Positions 33,605 to 44,154 of a stretch of DNA of 64,000 bases are shown here, in pieces (positions within the stretch are counted from its first letter, which is position 1; the number at the start of each line of letters is the position of its first letter). The position numbers were made by a program, and so were the translations under genes. The stretch spans positions 434,001 through 498,000 of the forward strand of contig JAKMXF010000310.1 in the NCBI GenBank assembly GCA_024704765.1, read 5' to 3'. Source of the DNA: Oopsacas minuta. Lineage: Eukaryota; Animalia; Porifera. The notes below the pieces were generated by a model, which saw nothing but the letters and a program-made list of their open reading frames with translations, was not told the origin of the DNA and searched no databases.

Positions 33605-34939
33605 ATGTCCTCAGTCGCTGGTAAAAAGAGGAAGTTACCACCTACTGAATCAGCTCAAACGGAATCAAAGCGTACTTCAACAAAAGGCAAATATAGTCCC
33701 AAAGAAGATGTAAAAGAACCAGATGAATTACCTCTAGCTACACTTGGTGATAATACTGGCTTCATTTGTTCAGCTTGCCATTTGTCAATATCACCTGAAT
33801 TAGAGTCTAGAGTAGAAATCAAATCATCACCACCTGCTGCTAACAAGCTTAAAACACAATGGATATTGAAATGGAATGTTGACTGGTCTGCTACCCTTCA
33901 CTCCCTATGTTGGGATAATATCCATAAAACTGCTGGAGCTAGAGGTAAGAACAAGATACAATCAAGTGAGAAGAAAATGATCTTAGAGGCTGTTAAAACA
34001 GCTGAGAAGTTTGATTCTCTACAAACCTTGAATGAGGAAGCTATCAAAGCAGCTGGCATGGTTCTAGCAGCTAAACATTGTATATGTTTTACAGGTGCTG
34101 GTATCAGTACTAGTGCTGGTATTGGAGATTACAGGGGGAAAGATGGGAAATGGACACAAGAAGATAGACAGACAGATACAGATACAGCTGATGAGGAGGG
34201 AGTAGCTTATGAAAAGCTCAGACCTACCTATACACACGAGGCTATAGCTATACTGGTTGAGAGAGGATTGATTAAACATGTGATTAGTCAAAATGGTGAT
34301 GGTCTCCATCTCTTATCTGGTCTCTCTCCTGATAATCTATCAGAACTACATGGTAACGTGTTCCTGGAGAAATGTGAGAAATGTACTCGTGTATATGAGC
34401 GTGATTACTACACACTAGATGATACTACTAGTCAGTACTATGAAGAGTTAGAGGACTTTGGTAAGTCTGACCTCAAGCCACCCCGTTACGCTAAGAAGTG
34501 CTCTACCTGTGGTCTCAATCACAGGACAGGGAGGAGGTGTCAAGACCGGAAGTGCAGAGGATACCTGAAAGATATGATTATCAATTTTGGAGACTTACTA
34601 GACGACGATATTATCACACGTGCTGAGACAGAGGCTAATAAAAATGATTTATGTCTGTCTCTAGGTTCTACCATGCAGGTGCATCCAGCCTGTGATCTGG
34701 TAGGGATGGGACAAATTCCATTAAAACTAGCAGTATGTAACAGACAGGAGACTGAATTTGATGATCTCTGTTATAAGAAATCTGGTACTGATATATTAGG
34801 TGTACGAGTGTTTGGAGACTGTGACGTATTTATGAAGGAAATTATGAAACAGCTAATTCCGCCTGATGAGCTGAAGGAGTGGGAAGATAAGCGTAATGAG
34901 AGAATTATTAGTTATACTGCCAAGAGGCTGCAGGACTAA
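33605..34939 (+). CDS. Class IV NAD-dependent deacylase (SIRT6/SIRT7-like), 444 aa
   Basis: FTGAGISTSAGIGDYRG, PTYTH, SQNGDGLH, ELHGN (catalytic His), CEKC..C..C zinc module, LGSTM, CNRQET. Confidence 0.92.
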   Translation: MSSVAGKKRKLPPTESAQTESKRTSTKGKYSPKEDVKEPDELPLATLGDNTGFICSACHLSISPELESRVEIKSSPPAANKLKTQWILKWNVDWSATLHSLCWDNIHKTAGARGKNKIQSSEKKMILEAVKTAEKFDSLQTLNEEAIKAAGMVLAAKHCICFTGAGISTSAGIGDYRGKDGKWTQEDRQTDTDTADEEGVAYEKLRPTYTHEAIAILVERGLIKHVISQNGDGLHLLSGLSPDNLSELHGNVFLEKCEKCTRVYERDYYTLDDTTSQYYEELEDFGKSDLKPPRYAKKCSTCGLNHRTGRRCQDRKCRGYLKDMIINFGDLLDDDIITRAETEANKNDLCLSLGSTMQVHPACDLVGMGQIPLKLAVCNRQETEFDDLCYKKSGTDILGVRVFGDCDVFMKEIMKQLIPPDELKEWEDKRNERIISYTAKRLQD

Positions 34940-35009
34940 TTCTTTATTTTAGCTGTAATTACTGGTATTTAGAAGTAAATCTGTACATTAACAATTAGCT
35001 TAATTAACC

Positions 35010-36509
35010 ATGAGTCTGCGGGAAGTACTCCTACCTATACAGTTAACAAGTACTGACAAAGAGCTAGATAGATTGAAGAGATCTACTCTCATTATACGAG
35101 CTGTGTATTGTGGTACTGATCCTATAGCTGGGAGAGGAAGTCCTGAAATTATTCCTGTTAGCATTCAACTCAAAGATAAGCTACACTACATTTCATTCCG
35201 ACCAACTCTCCCTGGGTTCTACCGTCTGCATATCATACTTGAGGGGCGTGATTACTGTTCTCCTGTCCTGCTTCATATCCTTTCAGACGGGACCCTCCTT
35301 ACCTCAACTACACCAACCAATCCCCAGTCCAGCGGATTAGTTGATCCACGTCCTCCTATCCTACGTACAGAGAGCATTGATGCTGACGTCATAGAGCCTC
35401 ATACGCCAACAAAGGCTGCCAATGGAGGACAGGTTAACCAGAAATTCTCTGAGTTAGTCCAAGCATTTAAAGTTGTTACATCCCGTCACACAGATAAATC
35501 AGGTGTTACTATTCACACACACAAAACAGCTCCTCCCAAATTACAATCTAATAAGCCATTCGGACTACCTGACTTCTTGAAGAGGATTCGTATCCGTCAG
35601 AAACCTGACATAGCACGTCTTGTCCGAGAAATGTCCTCTCCTGCTACCCCACCCCATCAACTACGTGTATCTCGCTCAATAGATGACCTGTCTAACGGTA
35701 GTATCAGAATAGGTAGAGGCTCTGTACGTGTACACGAGTACAGACAGCAATCTCCCTCTCATCACCAGCAGGAGTATATATGTTGTATATGTGGGTATGA
35801 GTTGGATAAAACAGCTGTTAGATTATACTCCTCCAGGTTCTGTACTGAGGACTTCTCTCGTTTCTATCTGCAGAGAAATGTTAGAGAGCATTTCCTTGTA
35901 CCTGTCCTACAGGAGACCTATCTCCCGGGACTAGAGGAGTGGGGAGCTCTCCCGCAAGTTAATCTAAAGGGACTAGACATGAGATCTGTTAATATGGGAC
36001 TAGATTTCTTCAGAATACTTGATGACGATGAAGACGGATGGATAGGAAGACACCAACTGAGCTCTCTGCTTATCCGTATACTCTTGAAACTACTGAGAGA
36101 TGAGACACACATTAAGTACATACTCAACAGCTCTCCTTATAAGGCAATGACTAGTGGGATGGGTTTAGAGAAGAGAGGGAGAGTACATGAAATCGAATTT
36201 ATGGCCTGCTTCGCTTTCTGTGTAAGAGAGTATTTGGATATGAAAACTGTATTACAGAAACAAAACAAAGCTCGATTCATCGCAGACAGGAATGCTTCCT
36301 TCTTAGCGGATCCATACGACATAGATCTACCCGACCACTTAGCTAACCGGTCCTCCTACCACGCCCCCCTCTTAGATGATGATTTCTCTTTCAATATAGC
36401 CACCAGTGAGACTAAGTTACAGCCTAGAAGAGGTCTTCATAAAGACGTTAAGAACAGAGTATCACGAGGAGACAATCAGGAGCCTGATGAAAGCTGGATG
36501 ATGTATTGA
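35010..36509 (+). CDS. Uncharacterised 499-aa protein: filamin-type Ig-like segment, Pro/Ser/Arg-rich linker, Cys cluster, EF-hand
   Basis: FRPTLPGFYRLHIILEG (filamin-repeat-like), CCICG..RFC, FRILDDDEDGWIGRHQL (EF-hand-like loop). Long open frame with codon style matching its neighbours. Confidence 0.65.
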   Translation: MSLREVLLPIQLTSTDKELDRLKRSTLIIRAVYCGTDPIAGRGSPEIIPVSIQLKDKLHYISFRPTLPGFYRLHIILEGRDYCSPVLLHILSDGTLLTSTTPTNPQSSGLVDPRPPILRTESIDADVIEPHTPTKAANGGQVNQKFSELVQAFKVVTSRHTDKSGVTIHTHKTAPPKLQSNKPFGLPDFLKRIRIRQKPDIARLVREMSSPATPPHQLRVSRSIDDLSNGSIRIGRGSVRVHEYRQQSPSHHQQEYICCICGYELDKTAVRLYSSRFCTEDFSRFYLQRNVREHFLVPVLQETYLPGLEEWGALPQVNLKGLDMRSVNMGLDFFRILDDDEDGWIGRHQLSSLLIRILLKLLRDETHIKYILNSSPYKAMTSGMGLEKRGRVHEIEFMACFAFCVREYLDMKTVLQKQNKARFIADRNASFLADPYDIDLPDHLANRSSYHAPLLDDDFSFNIATSETKLQPRRGLHKDVKNRVSRGDNQEPDESWMMY

Positions 36510-36724
36510 CAGTATTTATTATAATAATAATAACCTTAATAATGATAATGTAATTATACTAGTCTGTATGTTATAATACTATACTATAATGTTGTTTTTA
36601 TTGTTTTACCAATAATATTTTTTATATTTTTACTGTATTTGCATATTTACTACTTGCTTCTACTGGCAACTATTTTCTGGTTGTATTTACCATGCATAGT
36701 AAATTTATGCTATGTATTATCGAA

Positions 36725-37299
36725 GGTATGATGGAAATAGTTCGACTTTCCGAAATCGGAAATAGTTCGACTGAGTTAATCCATTTTGGAAATGGTTCGA
36801 CTGTCTGAAATAGGAAATAGTTCGACTTTGATATATAGGAAATAGTTCGACTTTGATATATAGGAAATAGTTCGACTTTGCAAAAATAGGAAATAGATCG
36901 ACTTTACATATATAGGGTATGATGGAAATAGTTCGACTTTCCAAAATCGGAAATCAGATCCCTCTACAATCACATCAAAATCCTTCACTCCTATCCAGAA
37001 AGTCTACTCAAATACACTGCTTCCCCCCTTGAGCAAAGCTAGCTACATAATCCTATTGATGTAAAGTCGAACTATTTCCTAATTTTTGCAAAGTCGAACT
37101 ATTTCTAAAGTGAATACAGAAATGGTTCGACTAAATTCTACCGTCTAACTATTTCCCTATATGTGCAAAGTCGAACTATTTCCGAAATTGCTTTTTAGTC
37201 GAACAGTTTCCGATTTATGCACTTTCATTCGAACTATTTCTTAGATCTGCAATTCGAACCATTTCTGATTTTGGAAAGTCGAACCATTTCCGCATTACC
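36725..37299. mobile_element. 575-bp foldback-type MITE (Merlin- or MULE-like) made of inverted arrays of GGAAATAGTTCGACT
   Basis: GGTA..TACC termini, perfect 8-bp TSD TTATCGAA (36717-24 and 37300-07). Forward units at about 36735-36950, reverse units at about 37064-37292. Confidence 0.85.
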
Positions 37300-38773
37300 T
37301 TATCGAAGTGGTTTTCAACCTATTTCACCTTTGGACCTCTTGTCCAATTTATGCCATTAAACATATCAAGGGCGTTGTAAGATCATTTATGCAATAGCTT
37401 TCGAATTTTACGAAATTGTTATCCTGAATTGACCATAATCTACCGTTATGAACTTAGGATTATCTCATATCAAGGCCAGGTATTCCAATTCTTGTGTGAA
37501 AACACCTAACAATTGATAAAGCTTTGATAATAATGACAGGATCCTTGATACCAGTCCAGACGGAAACCCCCCGCAGGCCTCGCTATATATTTCATGTCAC
37601 TGAGAAATCAAAATTTTAAGTGTATTATTTTAACTCAATAATTCAATCATTATCCTAGCATTTATCACTACTACAGTCTTAACAACCATCATTTGAGCTA
37701 CTATATATGTTGAGTACTCGAGCATATACGCTCCTCTTTTCCAGACCTCCTCAACAGCTGTGGAGAGGCGGAGTTCGTTCAACCGCCAGGAACTCTTTAC
37801 CACACATTAAGCCGATCAGATTGTATTACAATTCTGACAAGTTCAGCGCTAGAACTCGGTGAGTTACGACTTATTACATTTGTCCTCATTTCTCAGATTC
37901 AAAACTTTCTCTAATGCGATTATTCTTCCATCTCGAATTAGATTCATACTGTGTTTCAGTAAATTATAGTTGTCCTGATATTACATAACACGGATATGAA
38001 AGCTGATATTTACAAATACAAATTTATTGTAATTCCCAGGGATTAAGAATCTATTACATTCTTACATGTATCAGTGATTATCACAGCTATCCATCATCAT
38101 ACCTGTGATACTGGTATCAGATAGGCTATACTACTTTTGTTGGTAACATGGGAGGCGCCTGTATTGAAAATCATTCATATTTGAAATTTTTATCAATTGT
38201 TTTTCTCAAATTCTGACATTGTCAGAATAGCTAGAAGTAGGATGTTTCGTACTCTTTTATACCTACTTGATACTTACAAAACGTAACGTGAACTTTACAT
38301 ATATGACCTGAGAGACTCAATTCTAAGAAGTAGAAACCGATTCTGTCATTTCAGAATGAAACATCTATCTTCACACATAAGGGATTCAAAATAATGTAAA
38401 AACTATGGTTAACATGTCAGGTGTAATTAGGTGTGTATACTCCAATTCTGAGGATTTTACAAATATCCAGGTTTATAATATGATAATCATATTTTCACAC
38501 CTTTTGGCAATAATCCAAATGTTGCCAAATATTTCGTTTCAACCGCTTGTCGGGGGCAATCGGGTATTAGAATTGTATTTTGTTATTTTTATATCAATAT
38601 ATGTACAAATCTATTTTTGGCTAAATTATTATGCAACGACTGCATGTTGTAGATTTGTAGTGTATTGCCATTTCCCCAATAAATTCCTATACTCTTGTTC
38701 AGGTAAATACAGTAATAACTACATTATGCTAACTCTATACTAGCATAAGTAAGATAATCACCAAGTGAAGCTG

Positions 38774-40306
38774 ATGGCACGACAAATATCTCGCATCACA
38801 TCAATCCTGATTCAAGAGCACTTCGGTATTCCAGCTCAACAGATTGTAGATTGTATACTGAAACGGGGAATGTCTACTCTACAAGAAATAATAACTGATA
38901 CAGTTCTACAGATAAGTGTTGTTAAGAGAGTACTGTGTATCCTCATTAGGCATGAAATGGTTACTTACAATGACGAATCAAAGTTCTCTCTCTTTACTGC
39001 TAACTTACATAAAATATATCTAATTGCTCGCTATCCGCGGTTTTTGGCACTCTTACGAGCGGAATTCGATGAGACAGCAGGGTTGATAATCTCTGAGCTA
39101 CTTATCCATGGTTACTGTAGTATAGAAGAACTCGTAGAGTACATCACAGCTAAACAAGATACGAAAACTGAAGAATTAGAAAATGAACTTAAAAAGCTAC
39201 AGACCATGTTCGTTACCATGGTAGACCATAGGTATGTGATTAAAGTGAAGCAGCAGTCTGAGTTGATTGAGGAGCTAGAAGCAGAGGTAGGAGAAGACAG
39301 AGAAAATAAATCTGTGACAGGTGGCATCAAAAGATCTGTTATAACTGCAGAAGTTGCTGAGAGCAAGCGGCAAAAGTTAGAGGAAGTGAAGGCTAAATAT
39401 GTTGATGAGAAGAAGGCTGGATTATGGTGTGTTAATTTCGAGCATTTCCATGAGAAGATGAGAGATAAGATAATCTCACAATATATCGCGACTATTCACA
39501 CCTCTCAGCTGTCCTCTATCATTAACACAATCCACGCTATCCTAGAGTTAGATCCTGATACCTCAATAAGACAGATACAATCTAAAGAGGTGTATGTACC
39601 GCAGATTCAGCCACAGGTTGATATACCGCGAGAAGAGTTAATGCATTGTCTAGAACTGGTATCTAGAGATATGAACGGGCTGTTAGTCAGAGTAGCTGAA
39701 GGAGGAGGCGGTGCTTATGCACTGGATTATACAGCCTGTTATAAACTACTGTTAAATAATACTATTGAGTCTATCATAGAAGAACGTTATGGTTGTAAAG
39801 CACTTAGAATTATTAAGAATCTACAACGAAAGAAATACTTAGAGTTAACTCAGTTATCTGAATGTACACTGATTCCACCACAAGACCTGAATGACATCAT
39901 CTCCCGTCTCTATAGAGAGAGTATGGTATCCTTACAGGAGGTACCACGACTAGATGAGTATGTACCTGGCAAGACATTCTACCTCTACTCATTTGACACA
40001 GACACTGTACGTAGGATTTTATTGGATAGAGCTTATCAGATTCTAGGGAATATGGTAATGAAGCGTCGTAGTGTGTTTGAAGAATCAGAGAGGGTTTTGC
40101 AGAAGGAAGCGAGAGTGAGTGAGTTGCTAGCGGAAGCCGGTGGTACAGCTACTGCTGAACAACTAGATGAGATAGAACAGTTGTTAACACCTGGAGAGAA
40201 GCTAGAAGCTAGGAATAGTAGAATGATGTTAGAGAGATTAGAAATGTCTGAGATATTTATTGATGAGAGTATATTCATTCTTTCACACTTTCATACATTT
40301 TCATAA
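38774..40306 (+). CDS. POLR3C: RNA polymerase III subunit C (RPC3/RPC62)
   Basis: LIQEHFG..IVDCILKRG, LCILIRH, RYPRFL, IEERYGCKALRI, QEVPR..P.KTFYLY, LEMSEIFIDESIFIL. First ATG at 38774. Confidence 0.93.
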   Translation: MARQISRITSILIQEHFGIPAQQIVDCILKRGMSTLQEIITDTVLQISVVKRVLCILIRHEMVTYNDESKFSLFTANLHKIYLIARYPRFLALLRAEFDETAGLIISELLIHGYCSIEELVEYITAKQDTKTEELENELKKLQTMFVTMVDHRYVIKVKQQSELIEELEAEVGEDRENKSVTGGIKRSVITAEVAESKRQKLEEVKAKYVDEKKAGLWCVNFEHFHEKMRDKIISQYIATIHTSQLSSIINTIHAILELDPDTSIRQIQSKEVYVPQIQPQVDIPREELMHCLELVSRDMNGLLVRVAEGGGGAYALDYTACYKLLLNNTIESIIEERYGCKALRIIKNLQRKKYLELTQLSECTLIPPQDLNDIISRLYRESMVSLQEVPRLDEYVPGKTFYLYSFDTDTVRRILLDRAYQILGNMVMKRRSVFEESERVLQKEARVSELLAEAGGTATAEQLDEIEQLLTPGEKLEARNSRMMLERLEMSEIFIDESIFILSHFHTFS

Positions 40307-40503
40307 CATTACATATATTCCTATATTCATGTATTAGTAAGATTGGATAAACATTCCTTTAAGTCAATTTTACCAAAATAGTTCAATACTGCTCTTTTAT
40401 GATTGTTATCTATTGTCTATTATTCATGGTGTGACAATCCATAAGTAATTTGTAGTATTACATATTAGGATAGTTTCTATTTTCTAGATATTTCTATGCA
40501 CTC

Positions 40504-42502
40504 ATGATGGGTACAGCTGCAGGAATAATCCTGTGGAAAACATCTGTTAAAGCTCATGCACTTTTTGGAATTGATGGGAATGAATCTATTCAAAAACCAG
40601 AAGATGTTAAATGGGAGGATGTCAGGAAGGATATTGTAACACTGATTGAGTCAAATTCGGATTATGATGACGGATCATATGGACCTCTATTGGTTAGACT
40701 AGCTTGGCATCAATGTGGCACTTACTGTCAATATTACAAGGTAATTATATGATATGTAGCTTAGGTGTATGTATTGTTTGTTTACTGTATTGAATTAGGA
40801 TGGTGGTAGTGATGGAGCAACAATGCGATTTAAACCTGAATGCTCAGATGACGCTAACAACGGCTTAGATATAGCTAGAAGTTTGATGGAAGGGATAAGG
40901 AAGAAACATCCAGAAGCATCTTATACAGATCTGTGGACATATGCAGGAGGAGTAGCTATTGAGGAGATGGGAGGGCCTGAGATCTCCTGGCGACCTGGCA
41001 GAACTGATTCAAAGTCTGGAGATACTTATCCTCCAGTAAATTGATATAATTAAATTGGCTTTAAATGTGTTTTTGTATCTATTCGTTGGCTGGGAATGAA
41101 GTGAAACAACTTAAATTTGATTTAAGATGTTAAGTTTTCAGAATTTTATTGTTATTAATTACAAAATTATTTTCCGTAATTCAAATTTTAAAATAGGATT
41201 CAGCATACTGATATATATTCTGTTTTATTGAATTATACACTCTAACCTCTCTTAAAAGGGAGATCCAATTATGAAATATAGGATAAGTATCGAGATACGC
41301 AATTGAATTGACGAATCTAGATGTTTTAACTGTTTTTAGTTACAAAGAAACTTGATAGATATGAAAAAGTACAAGTGAAGACAGCTCTATTATAAGGAAT
41401 ATTTACTGAAAATGGTACCCGTATCTCGGAGGTCTGGATAAGAGAGGTTCGAGTGTATTTACTTGATAACTATGATAATATACGTATAGTTTTACAATCG
41501 CAAAATTCGAATTCAAATAGCATACCATAAATCATTTGCTTGACAACGAACAGACAAACAAACAACATTTGAGATGTAATAGTATAGATTTGCCCAATAT
41601 TCACCCCAGATGAAAATATTTATTGTACGAGCCTTTGGCTCGTCGCTTCGCGATGAACTCGGCACATTCCGCCTCGAGATATCCACTATTCTCCAAATTG
41701 ACGGCCCCTTTTGAGTATTATAATATTTAGAACAATCTAATTCACAAATATACGTATATGGCATATATATTATTGAATTATTTTGTAATATCACCCCCTT
41801 TGTAGCCGGTGAGAGCAAGTATCTAGGTAAATTTTGAGATTTTGCTAACTTGTTTCCTTTATATTCATAAAAACAATAATAAATTTACATATGAGAAACT
41901 TGAAAATGCGAAATTCGGATTCAGCGTGTTACCCCTGGGTAGCCGTTTTGAGTAAGCCTACTTATAAAAACAATAATATATTTACATCTCAAAAGACAAA
42001 CAACGATTGAGATTTAATAATAAAGATTAATACTATCATTAATATTATCATTAATATCAGTGTACTTTCCTTCTAATTAAGTAACTATTACATTTATTAG
42101 GTGGGTCGATTGCCTGATGGAGCTAGAGGAGAGGATCATATCAGAGCTGTTTTCTATAGACTGGGTTTCGGAGATGAAGAGATAGTAGCACTGATCGGAG
42201 GAGGTCACGCATTAGGAAGATGCCATAATGAGAGAAGTGGGTTTCATGGACCATGGACATTTGCTCCAACCACTTTTTCGAACGAATTTTTCCGTTTGTT
42301 ATTAGAAGAGAAATGGAACGGTAATCCTCAATTTGAGGACAGTACCGGGGAGTTGGTTATGTTACCCACCGACATAGCTCTAATACAGACCCCTGATTTC
42401 AAGAAATTCGTAGTAAAATTTGCTAAGGATGAAGCCTATTTCTTTCAAGTATTTAGCAAGGCTTGGACTGAACTAATGGAACTTGGAACAAATATAAAGT
42501 AA
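40504..42502 (+). CDS. Class I heme peroxidase (cytochrome c peroxidase / APX-CcP type). Exons 40504-40740, 40799-41035, 42101-42502 (291 aa; a further 5' exon is possible)
   Basis: [16 protein letters not shown] (distal R, W, H), [26 protein letters not shown] (proximal H), SGFHGPWT (proximal W), MLPTD (proximal D). Both introns are GT-AG and phase 0, preserving frame. Confidence 0.92.
41238..41455. mobile_element. Tigger/pogo-like MITE in peroxidase intron 2
   Basis: TA|CACTCTAACCTCTCTTA ... TAAGAGAGGTTCGAGTG|TA. Confidence 0.7.
41500..42028 (+). mobile_element. HINE-like repeat copy 2 (41620-42028), preceded by a 3' fragment of the same family, in peroxidase intron 2
   Basis: Similar to 21258-21727; a third 3' remnant lies at about 54160-54232. 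Confidence 0.6.
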
Positions 42503-42972
42503 CCACATACAGGATCTAGCAACTAGATTCTCTAATCATATCTCTTATAAGGATACTAATATTCCGATAATTATTAATAATAATAATAATAATAAACTGT
42601 ATGAGCCTATATCGAACGTTTGTATTACTGGGGGAAGCAACCAGGATGTACCGTGATGGAAACCTTCACTAATTCCACTTAGCAGACTTTTGTTTTCTAC
42701 ATTATCACCACATTAATAATCTGATATTCTTGTGTTTGTCCATTAATACTGACTGTTTTATGTGAGTATTGCTACCACAAAGAAGTAATCAATTGCAATA
42801 ATTTGCAAGGTTCATGTACTATTATGCAATATAAATCTCAAATGAAATAATTATTCAATATTATGTCACATATAATCGACTAAAGGTATAATCCTATAGA
42901 AATGTATAGAATCTGTTTGGATACTAATTAGTATAAAAGTAAATTTGTGATAATAATACAATTAATAAATAA

Positions 42973-44154
42973 ATGAATAGTAACTATCCTGTTTACATTT
43001 ACCTATTTTTGACTACAAGTTGCTGTGTAGTTTTCTCCATTCACACAATAATACTAATTCTATGGACTATTGTATTATTTAATTGTATAATTCGTTCGCG
43101 AAGGAAAGTAAAGCATTCTAATATATCTCTGTGCAATCAAGATGACGAAGCCCTCAACACAGAAGTAGAATATCGTAAGTCTCTATTCCTGTTTGCTATT
43201 GTAATATCTGAGATACTATCTGCTATAACTATAATTGGAGTAGGTGCTGAAGGGTTCATATATTTGTTCAAGGTTAAATTTCCTGGGAATTACAATCATA
43301 CCAACATTTCTTCCCCTACTCTTACTCCATATCACAATGAATCTACCAATTATATCGGATGTAATATAGCTCATAATATTCCATTCATTTTGAGATTAAA
43401 TAACACCATTTTAAATCATTTTTTCTCTGTTGTTACAATAATCCCACTCGTAATAACATTCTCATTGGTTTACACACTGATGTCATACTATGTAATGGTC
43501 ACTGAGAAATCAGTAAACTATAATACCTCGTTGAAATCATTGGATTTGTCTCGCGAACAGAAGAATCTCATGTTTGGGTCATTCATCGCTTGTATAATAT
43601 TCTTAATACTGCTGGCGAGTAGACTGCTATTCATATTATTATCACTATCAGAATGTGTTGTTCTTACAATACAATTAGGAATTACCCTGTACTATAAACG
43701 TAGACTAGTTCGTGTAATAAAGTGGAAAATATTGGATTCTCGAATAGCATTTGGTGTAAATAATTATTTAGCCAATTCTTATACGAAAAGTCTTAGACAA
43801 TTCAGATTATTTGCCAATTTCTATATCTTCATTATTACTTCATTATGTCTCTATATCATAATACGTTCTCTCAGACAGCTATACGCACTAATAATATATC
43901 CTTATGAATTATATCTCCTATACGATATATGCATTAACTACCACTTTACTCAATATTTTATCGTGTTTGATCATTTAATGATGTTTTTTGATAAATTCGC
44001 TCTCTCTATTTCACTTCTATCTCTCTTCATTTTGAATCTATTAACTATTCCCTACTTGCTATCAAAGCTTAACGTAAGATGTTATTTCAATTGCAATTGT
44101 ATCAACTCTAAATCAAACAGTATCAATTATGCAAGATTACCTCTGCTAGCTTAG
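42973..44154 (+). CDS. Orphan multi-pass membrane protein, about 7 TM (GPCR-like topology), 393 aa
   Basis: About seven hydrophobic segments and an N-glycosylation-rich loop (NHT, NIS, NES, NNT). No rhodopsin DRY/NPxxY motifs. Very AT-rich but open for 1182 nt. Confidence 0.65.
   Translation: MNSNYPVYIYLFLTTSCCVVFSIHTIILILWTIVLFNCIIRSRRKVKHSNISLCNQDDEALNTEVEYRKSLFLFAIVISEILSAITIIGVGAEGFIYLFKVKFPGNYNHTNISSPTLTPYHNESTNYIGCNIAHNIPFILRLNNTILNHFFSVVTIIPLVITFSLVYTLMSYYVMVTEKSVNYNTSLKSLDLSREQKNLMFGSFIACIIFLILLASRLLFILLSLSECVVLTIQLGITLYYKRRLVRVIKWKILDSRIAFGVNNYLANSYTKSLRQFRLFANFYIFIITSLCLYIIIRSLRQLYALIIYPYELYLLYDICINYHFTQYFIVFDHLMMFFDKFALSISLLSLFILNLLTIPYLLSKLNVRCYFNCNCINSKSNSINYARLPLLA

Noticed and set aside
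36725-37299. CRISPR-like repeat array
   Set aside because: No unique spacers of regular length, the halves are inverted, it is bounded by TIRs and an 8-bp TSD, there are no cas genes, and the context is eukaryotic.
38405-38743. 112-aa hydrophobic ORF upstream of POLR3C
   Set aside because: No motif; AT-rich promoter/outron region.
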